Source: Octopus sinensis
Taxonomy: Eukaryota
Reading direction: 5' to 3'
Assembly: GCF_006345805.1 (NCBI RefSeq)
Contig: NC_042999.1
Location: 64,356,001-64,420,000 of the forward strand
DNA: 64,000 nucleotides
Shown: in pieces, positions 27,395 to 39,490 of the stretch
Position numbering within the stretch: position 1 is the first letter of the stretch
Layout: every line of letters starts with the position of its first letter
Notes under the pieces: generated by a model
What the model saw: the letters and a program-made list of their open reading frames with translations, nothing else
What the model was told of the DNA's origin: nothing
Databases searched by the model: none
Translations under genes and position numbers: made by a program

Positions 27395-27770
27395 GGAGGC
27401 GCAATGGCCCAGTGGTTAGGGCAGCGGACTCGCGGTTTCAATTCCCAGACCGGGCGTTGTGAGTGTTTATTGAGCGAAAACACCTAAAGCTCCACGAGGC
27501 TCCGGCAGGGGATGATGGTGATCCTTGCTGTACTCTTTCACCACAACTTTCTCTCACTCTTACTTCCTGTTTCTCTTGTACCTGTATTTCAAAGGGCCGG
27601 CCTTGTCACTCTCTGTGTCACGCTGAATATCCCCGAGAACTACGTTAAGGGTACACGTGTCTGTGGGGCGCTCAGCCACTTACACGTTAATTTCACGAGC
27701 AGGCTGTTCCGTTGATTCGGATCAACCGGAACGCTCGTCGTCGTAACCGACGGAGTGCTTCCAATCCAAA
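27395..27770 (+). mobile_element. tRNA-derived SINE (family A), tail variant 2
   Basis: Same head and body as 27-333. 11-bp TSD actacatatag. Confidence 0.88.
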
Positions 27771-28400
27771 ACTACATATAGACGCAAATATGCACAGTTG
27801 TAAACCAAGGCTGTATTTCAATTGGTGTTTGTAACTATTGCAATTTCTGAAGTGTATCATACAACTAATGGAAGAAAAGCCGGAGAAAATAATTTCCAAC
27901 ATTTTAATAGACACAAAAGTATGTTTTATTTAAACATCCACCGTATTTATAGTCATATTCATTCGTTATACGTATGAACAACCGTTAAGGCGCAAAATGC
28001 TTCATTGCATTTCTTCCGACTCTTTACGTTCTGAGTTCAAATTCCGCCGAGGTTGACTTCGCCTTTCATCCTTTCGAGGTCAATGAAATAATTACCGGTT
28101 GAATGCTGGTGTCGTTGTAATCGACTTCTCTTCCTTTCAATATTGCTGGCCCTTTTAAAGAGTTAGGATGATTTCGTGTTCATCACATTTTATTGTTATT
28201 TAACGTCACATTCTCTTTCCAGTCACAAAGTTTACAATAAAGTATTCTGTGTGAATGCATCGAGAGAGAAGTATATGCTTCTGGTCGGAACCCTCCAGGT
28301 TCGTTGTACGGTAATTGCACGGTTAGAAGTTCATAACGTTACAGTAACACTATCGTACATCTTGTAACTACGTTATGCTACCAACCAACATGTCACAGTA

Positions 28401-28912
28401 CCGTAAATCCTCGAGTATAGTCCGCCCTTGAGTATAATACGCAGGGAATTTTTAGGAGGCTGTACCTCTGAAAAACCTAAACTTTGTGTATAATACGCAC
28501 CCCTTCTCTAACTTGAGTCAAGGAGGTCTATATAGCGTCCCTGGTTTGTAAACATGTATACGGTAACGTCCTTTATTATTATTGTATATATAACATAATG
28601 CAAACGTGTTGCTTTTTTGTGCATTTTATTTGCAGAAAATAAAGAAATAACAGTAATAACGTTTGATAAATGTTGCTTATTGCAAGTTATGGATGATTCT
28701 TTTATGACTTCATTGTTTTCAGGGTTAGCTTAAGGTATTTTCGCACCCGACATCACAAAATGCGTTTGAATAAACATTGCCGGACAGCAAATAGAGTCTC
28801 GGACATTGCTTAGAAAATAATTTTCATTTTTAACCTCGTATATAGTACGCACTAGGGACTTTGACCTTTAAATTTTGGGGGAAAAGTGCGGATTATACTC
28901 GAGGATTTATGG
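28401..28912. mobile_element. Tc1/pogo-type MITE
   Basis: TA-CCGTAAATCCTCGAGTATA ... TATACTCGAGGATTTATGG-TA. Confidence 0.82.
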
Positions 28913-31005
28913 TATTTAAGAACTCAAAGGTGCATAAAACAACCCCACAATCACAAATAACAAGGTGAAGATGGCTCTCATTTCACACTAGTCTTCTGAT
29001 GTTTAGGTGAGCGGCCCTTGGTATACACATTCCACGACTTGTAATCGCTGCGGGAAATGTTTGAAAAACCAAGGCTCCAAAGAAACGTTATTGGTATTCA
29101 TCTCATTCGATTTCTCGACCCCTTGTCTGTCCTCTCCTTGTTTCTACCTTTATGGTAAATAAAAAAATCAGTTATTGGTACTGTGACGTCATAATCAAAA
29201 GAAAGAAACACTCATGTTTCTTTGGACAAGATAAATAATTATTAATTTTTTTGTAAGCGCGCATACACACACACACACACGCACGAATATATACATTTAC
29301 GCTTTTACTCTTTTACCTGTTTCAGTCATTTGACTGAGACCATGCTGGAGCATCGCCTTTAGTCGAGCAAATCGACCCCAGGACTTATTTTTTGTAAGCC
29401 TAGTACTTATTCTATCGGTCTCTTATGCCGAACCGCTGAGTTATGGGGACGTAAACATACCAGCATCGGTTGTCAAGCGATGTTGGGGGGACAAACACAG
29501 ACACACAAACATACACACACACACACACACATACACACACACACACATATATATATATGTATATATGCATATATACGACGGGCTTCTTTCAGTTTCCGTC
29601 TACCAAATCCACTCACAAGGCTTTGGTTGGCCCGAGGCTATAGTAGAAGACACTTGCCCAAAGTGCCATGCAGTGGGACTGAACCCGGAAACATGTGGTT
29701 GGTAAGCAAGCTACTTTATTTCATAAAAATTTGCTATAAAGGCATTAGAAAGGAAGGCAGATGGCGCCCGCCGACCCTCTGCTTCTCTAAAACATTATTT
29801 AAAAAAAATACATACACCGAGGTAATGACCCTTATAAGAAATAGGATCACATGCGGTCGTATCGTATAGGGAATACAATCGCACGCGACCCCATTCTTAA
29901 TGAAATATTACAGACCATATAATACATACAGCGGCAATAGAACACAAGTGGAATGACAACAAGATTTCTTTTTGAGATATATACATTATTTATTTTACAT
30001 ATTTTACAATCATGTTGGTTGGAAGTTTGTAAGTGTTAGCATGTTTTTGTGTCTGTGTGTTCGTGAGGCATAAAAGGTACTGACCAGAGGAATAACAATG
30101 GAATTTGGTTCACAGTTCATATTGTTGGTATCAGCCTAGCAACGGTTAGTAACAGATGGCTTAAGGTAGTTCTTAGAAGAACAAGAACTCAAGACAGATA
30201 ATTGATTTACCGTTTATGAGGTACACGGAGTGTAAGAGTTCCATATCAAGATGTTGCGTCTCGTAGTTGAGATTAATTGAATCACTTATGTTTTATCTTT
30301 CTCCTGATATGAATATACTTCCAGATATATTAACTGTAGCCGTTTTTCCCGTGGTGATATTTTCACCTAACCGCTATAGTTGAATCTGTAGTTGTCTTGT
30401 GTACAAATTAAACCTTAGTAGATAGAGACGATGTTTGGCGATGAGTTGTGTCTGTCGCTTGGTTTTTGCTGCGTCTTCATTATATATTCTGCTTGGTTAT
30501 TTTTCTCTAGTTATAGATATCCTGTAACCGTTCTTTTCGTGGTGATATTTTCACATTAACAGTATGAGAGGTATCTGTAACATCTTGTATTAATGGTGGT
30601 CGCCTGCCTTTCGAACTGGAACATGGTCGAGTATGCTCTGTGTGGTCAGAGGTTAGCCCTGAGAAGGACTGTAACCTAAGACGAGCTCTGTGGTCAGAGG
30701 TTAGTCCTGAGAAGGACTAGAACCAAAGACGGATATTTGTCTGAGAACACTTCTTTATATAAGGTTTATGTGGCTCAAAACGAACTTCAGAAATGGAAAG
30801 CTGTGATTGGCTGCTTGGAACAATGGCGCGAAAATAAGCGGAGGCAAATCGCGTCACGTGACAACCAGCAGTGCGAACGTAGTAGAGACCACGTGTCAGC
30901 CAATCGAATTAGTGTTTACCACAATGTTAAACTAGCCGAAGATGTTTGTAATCTCGAACGAGATTATTCTTAATACTCTTCTCAAACAGTGAAGATAGCA
31001 ATGAG

Positions 31006-31223
31006 TGTAACGATATTGCTACACCCTCTTACAATTCAAAAACACAATTTCTTTGGACCAAGAAGTCCATACAACCAAAATTACAGTTTATACACAAATT
31101 AGAGGCAATAAACCTCTACAATTCCTCCCCCAGCAAATCTCGTGCAACTTGCAACCACAATCTGGGGCTCCAACAGAAAATTCTGAAATTCTCGCCCTTA
31201 CACGAATCAATTATACTGTTACA
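31006..31223. mobile_element. LTR-like segment
   Basis: TGTAAC...GTTACA termini and an adjacent purine tract on the minus strand. No TSD found. Confidence 0.35.
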
Positions 31224-31544
31224 CAGCCTTCTCTCCAGCACCAGAGCAGCCACCTGTGATGGCCATACAGCCACTCCTATCCCTAGGTATTTTTATGTAT
31301 ATTAGTTTCGAATTTTGGCATTCCATCTCAGTCACAGATTTTTTAAATCGATTATATCGACTCCAGTACACAACTGTTACTCATTTTATCGACCCCAAAC
31401 GGATGAAAGTCAAAATTGACCTCGGCGGTATTTGAACTCAGAACATAAAGATGTGCCAGGCATGCTAACAATTCTGCTAGCTCGCCGCCTTATTTATATG
31501 TATATTAATCTGTGTATGATATACAAATATTCATATATACGCGT

Positions 31545-31755
31545 TTGTTTGTCTCGCCCTATCGCGGTTCACTTATCGCGGTTTATAATTTAAACACCAA
31601 CCCCCGTGGTGTTGTTTTGCATTTATAATAAAATAAATATATACAAGTTATAAAAATAATAAAAAAATATACTGTATAGTAGTTTCTACTTCGCAGATTT
31701 TCATCTGTCGCGGAGGTTTTTGGAACGTAACGCCTGCGAGAGTCGAGGGATTATT
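31545..31755. mobile_element. Degenerate Tigger/pogo-like MITE
   Basis: tatcgcggttcacttatcgcgg and a right end gagggattattgta. Confidence 0.5.
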
Positions 31756-32470
31756 GTATATATTAAATGTATGTGAGAGAAAGATATGGAGAAAGAGAGT
31801 GTATGTATATGTAAAAATAAAAGATGGAGATTGCATGCAAAAGTGAGTGTGTGTATGTGCTGCACGTAAGAGAGAAGAATCTGGAAGAAGAAAAGACAAA
31901 AATATTAAGTGAGATTGTGTGATGGAGAAACAATGTGTGTGTGTGTGTGTGTGTGTGTGTGCTTGTTCACGCGTGATGTGTTGAACATTTTTTGAAATGA
32001 TGTTTGATCTCGAGGTCAACTGCGTTCGGGTCGATTTAATTATGAAGGACGTTTCAACAGTGTCCATCCTATCGTTTCATATATTTCCGACATATCATAA
32101 CGAGGATACATCATCTGTGAATGCCGTATTATTATTTTTTTAAAATATCAGGTTGGTGCAAAAGTAAAATCCGATTTAAAGATCTAAGGTAAAAATGAAT
32201 AAACCAATACCTATGGAAATATTTATTCATTAACATACTCTCCATTGCTTTCAATGACCTCATTCCATCTTTCAACAACCTTATAAATGCCTCGCTTGTA
32301 AAATTCTGTAGGTTTAAAACCAAAATATGAATCCAACTCATTTTCAATCTCTTCTCTTGTTAACCTAAGTCCATTGAAATGGTTCTGTAGTCCTTGGAAC
32401 AAATGGTAATCAGAAGGAGTAAGGTCAGGAGAATATGGAGGATGAGGCAGTATTTCCCAAGTTCTTCCAA

Positions 32471-32828
32471 GAGAGAGAAAGAGGGGAGTGATTAGTACAA
32501 CTATTTTGAAAAAAAACAAACAAACAAGAGTTGAAGTATCACCACTGCAATTTAGATACGACGAACTGCCGCCTGTTGCAATTTTTGATGATATTCTAAA
32601 GTGTTCGTTCAGTTAAAAAAAGATTTAAAAAAACTGTAAAGGAAAACTGTATTTTAAAAACAGTAAAATGGAACTGTTTGCTTTTGTGGGCGAGTAAGCC
32701 ATTTCATCCTGATTTTAAATTATTCATAATTCACCCGACAGATATTTATATGTGCCCCAATGTATTGTTTTGTCTGCCCTTGAGGTGTCCCCTCTCTATA
32801 AAGGCCATGTGCCTAAATAAAAGAAATC
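32471..32828 (+). mobile_element. 5'-truncated second copy of the ORF1-only Tx1-derived family
   Basis: Homologous (inverted) to 33501-33796 joined to 34186-34235. Encodes RERGE.LV and RYDELPPVAIFDDIL. Same tail ending aaataaaagaaatc. Confidence 0.8.
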
Positions 32829-33500
32829 GAGCTGTGTGAGGACGAGCATTATCGTGATGGAAGATGACACCCTTTCTGTTAACCGAGGATGCTGGCTTTT
32901 GGCTCAGAACTGTTTTCAAACGACGAAGTTGCTCACTGTAAAGATCAGCATTAATTGTTTGGTTGTTGTCCAGCAGTTCATAATGGATTACTCCTTTAAT
33001 ATCCCACCATACACTCAACATGATCTTCTTTGGATGAAGTCCTGCTCTCGATTATTGAACTCGCCGTCCTCCTCGACTGATCCAAGAACGGTGTCGTTTA
33101 ACATTATGGTAAAGAATCCACTTCTCATCACCTGTAACAAACCTGTCTAAAAATATTGCTTGAAAGTGTCGCGAAAGCAATGATTGACAACAAGCAACAC
33201 GCTGTTGTCGATTCTCTTGAGACAACTCGTGAGGGACCCATTTTCCGCCATTGAAACCTTTCCAATGTGATTTAGCTGGCGTACCACGGTTGTATGGGCC
33301 ACGTTTAACTGTTCTGCAAGTTCCCTAGTGGTAACGGTAGGCTTCTCTGAAACAAGAACTTCCAACATTTCGGAATCAGGTTTTTTTGGACGACCCTCTT
33401 TTGGCTCATCTTTCAAAGTGAAATCATCACTTCGGAAACGGGAAAACCACCTCCTGCAACTTCTTTCATTCACTACAGCATCCCCTTAAGTGCTCTGATT

Positions 33501-34998
33501 TCTTTTATTTAGGCGCATGGCCTTTATAAAGAGGGGACACCACAAGGACAAACAAAACAAGGCAATGGGGTACATATAAATATACTCGGATGATACATGA
33601 ATATGATGAAAATGAGGATGGAATGGCTCACTTGTCCCCTCCCCACAAAGCAAGTAGTTTCATTTTACTGCTTTTTAAATTACAGTTTTGCTTTACAGTC
33701 TTGTATCTTTTCCTTAACACAAAATTACAACAAATGCTGCATTATATCGTCAAAAATTACAACAGCCGGCAGTTCGTCGTATCTATAGTGAAATGGTGTG
33801 TGGAGGCGCAATGGCCCAGTGGTTAGGGCAGCGGACTCGCGGTCGTAGGATCGCGGTTTCGATTCCCAGACCGGGCGTTGTGAGTGTTTATTGAGCGAAA
33901 ACACCTACAGCTCCATGAGGCTCCGGCAGGGATGGTGGTGATCCCTGCTGTACTCTTTCACCACAACTTTCTCTCACTCGTACTTCCTGTTGTACCTGTA
34001 TTTCAAAGGGCCGGCCTTGTCACTCTCTGTGTCACGCTGAATATCCCCGAGAACTACGTTAAGGGTACACATGTCTGTGGAATGCTCAGCCACTTACACG
34101 TTAATTTCACGAGCAGGCTGTTCCGTTGATCGGATCAACCGGAACCCTCGTCGTCGTTACCGACGGAGTGCTTCCAGTGAAATGGAACTCTTTTTCCCCC
34201 AAATATTTCTACTAACCACTCCCCTCTTTCTCTATCCAACAGCACGCCCTTCTTACCTTCATGGTTTGCCATTTTCACTCTGATAACATTTTTCATTTTT
34301 GTTACTCTCTTCAATCTTGACGCTTTTTTCATATACTATGAGGCTTCTTAAGTTGCTCCTTGTATTCGTTTCCTTCCTTCCTTCTTTCGTATTCCTTCTT
34401 CCTTGCTGGTTGAAGGCGACGGTTCGTGCGTTCGCGCTTCACCTGATTTTTCATTTGGTTTTCTATTTTTCTCTTTTCTTTCTTGTTCTCCTCTTCGTTT
34501 GTCTTTCTTTCTTTTTTCTCTTTGGGGCTTTTTGGTGGTGATTCTACGTTGTTTTTTCTTTTCACCACCGTAAATTGCTCCTCTATTTTCTCTTCTTCTG
34601 CAGCTGAACTCTCTTCTTGAATTTCTTTTTCTGCTATTTCCTCATCGTGTTTCTGGGGACACTTGGCCTTCATGTGTCCCCTTACTCCACACAAAATCAT
34701 ATTGGAGGTCTGCCCTCCACAACAATCCTCTATCTCGTCTTATCCGGAAAAACCAGCTCTTCCACAATCTTATGGAGGTCTGGCAGGGTTATATGGACTG
34801 TCACCTCTAGCCCATATCCCCATTAGTTCATCTCCGTAGTTTTGGACATTTTCAAAATTTCTGCATCTTCCTCTGTATGGTAGAGGATGGCTGCCACCAG
34901 CCATTCCTCGTCAATTTCAGGTGGCACTTTATCTATCCTTACTCTGGCCGAACGTTTGCTCCAGCAAGTGGGCAGTAGTGCCCACTCAGCTGATAATC
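33501..34998 (-). mobile_element. Tx1-derived element with ORF1 running straight into a Tx1-like 3'UTR (no ORF2), nested in the mariner
   Basis: ORF1 motifs (RVRIDKVPPEID..WLVAAIL, RIVVEGRP, degenerate LCGVRGHMKAKC knuckle). After removing the SINE by its TSD, the frame reads ...RVPFHYRYDELPAVVIFDDIMQHLL*, then a tail with AATAAA. Confidence 0.75.
33797..34175 (+). mobile_element. tRNA-derived SINE (family A), tail variant 2, nested in the half-Tx1 element
   Basis: Near-identical to 27395-27770. 10-bp TSD agtgaaatgg. Confidence 0.9.
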
Positions 34999-36079
34999 TG
35001 AAAGAAAATAGTACAAAATAGACACAGAGATATCTTAAAACTACAAGAAGAGGTTTAAAAATTGATAAATTCGCTCTGAAACATTTTTTCTAGAAATCGG
35101 ATATTACTTTTGCAACAACCTGATAGTACAATTGCAGCGTGGAAGGTGTTTATAAGCCATTTAAGAAACACACAAAAACCGTTAGATTCACTTCAACATT
35201 TAAATTTAATTTGTCAAAATATTTTCGTCGCTTTGAGACCGCGACCTGTTCACTGACAAAATTCCGTGCTGCATCTCTATAAGTAGGATGTGATTTAATA
35301 GAAAGTTCAGTTAATTTTGTAAATAATCTAGACTTCAGAGAGATTTAGTGAGATAATTCACGTTGTTATTTTTAAGATAGCGTTTGCGACAGAAAGATGA
35401 AATGGAATCTTTATTATGATCAAAAATGATCTTACATAGAAAGGGGCATTACAAGACAAACAAAAAACAAAAATGTTACACGAGTTCGTATGATATCATT
35501 TTAAAAATTTACTAAAAAATATTTTATATAACGATTAATTTCCTTTAAACTAGAACTTTGTTTTCAAAAAATAAGAAAACATAGGAAGAAAACGAATAAA
35601 AGTTTAAAAGATGAAATGATTACTTTTAACTCTTGCTTTGGCGCTACACACACACATCAAGATATGAAACGCAGGAAATACGTTTGAATAAACAGTCTAA
35701 GGGAAATAACTCTGTAAAAAATTTAAAAAACTGACACTAACGTTAGTCTCCTAGTAGCGTTATGGTAATGCGTATTTAAGATATTAATTACACTCTAGTC
35801 CAACTAAACTATCCAGCATTTAATGCATTAATTAATGTGTTAAATGAAAATTTAAATGTATAATGTATGTGTATTTAGGTTGCCTTTTTCACCTACACTG
35901 ATTCATTTTTTTTCTATAGTTCGGAAAACTTAGAATTTGGTTTACATTCACGGCGAGGATAATCAATGTTTTAAGCTGGATGCGAACCAATGTAATCATT
36001 AAATCTTTCACGCCCCACCCCCGCCACCACTCACCAAACACGACGAATCTCACAGTCTTGGAGGTTGCTCAGTTGATCT

Positions 36080-36790
36080 TTCACTGGACTTCAGTTGGTT
36101 GACTACAGTCTTGGAAAGGAATGCACGGTCACACGTTTCGCACATTTTATGTTCTCATTTAAGTTCTGAAGACCGTCACCCCGAACCCAACGCTTTAGGC
36201 TTTCGTAATCAAGGCGACCCTCGGATCTTTTCGGTTTGAACGGCAGTTTTTAACATAATTTCTAGGTAACTAAAAAATTTAAAACTTCGTGTGCTGGTAG
36301 AATGTGTTTATAAAACATCTTTTTCTCTTGGCTTTATTGAGAAAATTCTATAGTTTGTAAGATATTTGTTGTTTTTTTCTTCAGTTTCTGCAATTTCAAC
36401 CAATCACTGACGTCCATTGAGGTAAACAACATTCTGTGTCGTATGAATATGTACCCTCATTTAAGAAACAGATTGGGTTTATTTACATTTGTGAAGAAAA
36501 AAAGATACTCTTCCCCCCACCCTAACCCTAACTAACCCTAACCCTAAAATAGATTGAAATGCAATAGATCGATACTAGGGTCATAATTATGGGTGACAAT
36601 TTCATATGACACCGCTAGAAAAAACTGCCGTTCAAACCGAAAAGATCCCGACCCTCTTCAAAAGTTTTACCACCGTTTCCCTCTATGCGCTTCCTCCAGT
36701 CAGCTCTTTCCAAAGCTGGTTCTTCTTGGTGATTCACATTCGTCTACAGTTACTTGAGGTTACCTTTTATGAAGACTATATACATAGATA
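36080..36790 (-). mobile_element. Degenerate RTE-like LINE 3' fragment interrupted by the GGATC MITE
   Basis: After removing the MITE, the frame reads ALERADWRKRIEGNGGKTFEEGRLDYESLKRWVR. Confidence 0.55.
36223..36648. mobile_element. Second copy of the GGATC-TIR MITE, opposite orientation
   Basis: Same TIRs. Perfect TSD cgaccctc. Confidence 0.9.
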
Positions 36791-36821
36791 AGAATATACA
36801 CAACCTAAGTAACTCATTCAT

Positions 36822-37318
36822 AGGCGTAGGAGTGGCTCCGTGGTATCGCCTCATCAATGTCTTGTCTAACTCGCAAAGCTACTCATCTTTTTACTGCCTT
36901 TATGGCAAATGAAATGAATAAAAGTAGCTTGCTTACGAACCACATGGTTCCGGGTTCAGTCCCACTGCGTGACACCTTGGGAAAGTGTCTTCTACTATAA
37001 CCTCGGGCCCACCAAAGCCTTGTGAGTGGATTTGGTAGACGGAAACTGAAAGAAGCCCGTCGTATATGTGTATATACATATATGTATATATGTATGTATG
37101 TGTGTATGTATATGTTTGTGTGTCTGGGTTTGTCCCCCCCCCACATCGTTTGACAACCGATGCTGGTGTGTTTACGTCCCCGTAACTTAGCGGTTCGGCA
37201 AAGAGACCGATAGAATAAGTACTAGGCTTACAAAGAATAAGTCCTTGGGTCGATTTGCTCGAATAAATGCGGTGCTCCAGCATGGCCACAGTCAAATGAC
37301 TGAAACAAGTAAAAGAGA
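36822..37318 (+). mobile_element. tRNA-derived SINE family C with an internal CA/TA microsatellite (minus-strand copies at about 8005-8398, 29303-29712, 53276-53961, 55790-56405, 60265-60645, 61778-62135)
   Basis: Shared head ...ggttccgggttcagtcccactgcg and tail gcggtgctccagcatggccacagtcaaatgactgaaacaagtaaaag. Confidence 0.85.
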
Positions 37319-39029
37319 TACATACGTGCGCGCGCGCACCCCCCCCCACACACATACGTGCACAATAAATAATACTAGCTTAATATTAGTTTCAAATTTT
37401 GACACGAGGCCAGCAATTTCAGGCGAAAGGGTGAGTCACATCGACTCCGCCCCCATAGATCAATTAATACTTATCTTATCGACCCCATAAGGATGAAAGG
37501 AAAAGTCTGTCCTGGTATTATTTGAACTGAGAAGTAAAGTCAGAAGAAATGCCTCTAAGTCTTTTCTCAGGCACGGTAACAATTCTGCTAGCTCGCCACC
37601 CAATACAGTAGTAATACTGACATCTATAAAGGTCAAACGAAACCCTCAAAGCATACACGAACGTACTGGAACCCTTCCAGAAAAGCGACCACCCAACTAG
37701 ATTGATTGACCGTGTGTCACCCACAGACTCTCTCTCATAGACGAGCTGTCCCTTCACGCTGATATTTATACTGTAATATAATAGACTGTGGAGGCACGTG
37801 GCTTAGTGGGTAGGGTGTCAGCATCATGATCTTAAGATTGTGGTTTCGATTCCTGGACCGGGCGACGCGTTGTGTTCTTGAGCAAAACACTTCATTTGAT
37901 ATAAGTCTACCAAAGTAGTGAAACATTTAGTGAATTAATTGTTGTCTGCTTACTGAGAGCTTATAAAATATGTCCAACAACTGATGTCAAACTAGGAAGA
38001 GAAAGGTAAGGTGTTTTCATAGTTTTTTTTCTTCCAAATAACCGCATTGAGATTTGTTATAAGTCTACTGAAGTAGTGAAACAATAATATAGATAATGTG
38101 TTTGACTTTGTTCTTAACATAAAATGAAAAGTAACAGATAAATCACAAAGTAGAAGATATGAGAATATAGAATATTTCAGAGATGTTATATCTTGAGATT
38201 GCACATTTAATATTACTTATATAGAATTTTATATCATTTCACGGTTCTTATGGTTCAGAAAAATATACATTTCCTTCTTACAATTTTCAAAATAGTCGTC
38301 GAGTTTTCACAGGGTACTAGTGGAGTTTCTACTGCATTTTTGACTTTGAAACAAAATATATTTTTTACAAATGTTCACTACCTTACAAAAAGTATATATC
38401 AGCTAATTGAATGACATTTGCTATATGCATTAGGAGCATTATAACAGAATCTGACTATTATTTCAGAAATTTCATTCCCAATTTCTTTGGGCCCGTAAAA
38501 GACAAATTTGTTTGTAGTAGAATGAAGAAGATACGATAATGTAAATTTGCCGCAGATATTTTATTAGAAACCTCAATTACAATCGGGTGAAAACTGAGGA
38601 AAAATTTCTTGAAGAAAGTACATGTCAGCTGACTACATATGGGACTCTCTCAACTTTAATAACAAAACGTATGCTGACCAATTTTTATTTCTAAAGATGA
38701 CCCTTCAATACAAAATGATGAAGTAATACTTGCTGTGTAATGGGTTTAAACATGTAGAGAGAAAATATTGAGAAATCAGAAGTTACTAATTTTACCCTGG
38801 TTACTAATTTCCCTTTCCTCATTTTTACGAATGTGTTTAAAATATCAGTTAATGTTATTATGTTGAGCAGTATTGTCATTGGTAATTTATTGCAGCTATG
38901 CAAATGATGAATTTCTTTAACTTAATTTTAATTCAGTATTCTTATTTTAAAACTTTGTAGCTGTCAGTTATTTTCAAATTAAGCGTTATAAAATTTTAAT
39001 AAGGCTATATTAAAATTAGTGTACATCCT

Positions 39030-39490
39030 TGGAGCGTAGGCGATAAAGATATGCCATAATATACATCTGGAAGATCCTAGAAGGACTTGTCCCAAACTTT
39101 GGCATCGAGAGTTACACAAATACTAAAACTGGGCGCCACTGCATAGTGCCAATGACTCCAAATTTGCCATCAAGATGTAGGACAAGATACTGCGATAGCC
39201 TGGGCTTCAGAGGTCCACAGCTCTTCAACATCCTCCCGAAGGACCTGAGAGACCTGCATGGGGTGGATGCGGATGTCTTTAAAATAAAGCTGGACCTCTT
39301 CCTGTCAGGTGTCCCAGATGAACCAACTTCACGGCAGGAGGTGCAGATGAGGGCAGCTGCATCAAACTCTCTCATGCACCAAATGTTAATTGCTAAAAAA
39401 GCATTCGTGAAGTAAAATCATGTAGCAACACCGAATGGCGGTGTCCTAGCATGGCCACAGCTCGTGAGCTGAAATTAGATGAAAATAGAA
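39030..39490 (+). mobile_element. CR1/L2-group LINE 3' fragment
   Basis: LERRR.RYAIIYIWKILEGLVPN...SLGFRGPQLFNILP..FKIKLDLFLSGVPDEP. Confidence 0.85.

Larger units (their letters stand above)
32148..35123 (-). mobile_element. Mariner transposon (Hsmar1-like TIRs, DD34D), disrupted by nested insertions
   Basis: 30-bp TIRs (TCAGGTTGGTGCAAAAGTAA...) with 2 mismatches and TA on both sides. Transposase motifs RRWFSRFRS, MLSVWWD, FHHDNARPH, HPPYSPDL. Confidence 0.95.

Noticed and set aside
35130-35275. Short element with imperfect inverted ends as a ribozyme or MITE
   Set aside because: No canonical hammerhead core and no convincing TSD; left as an unclassified repeat.
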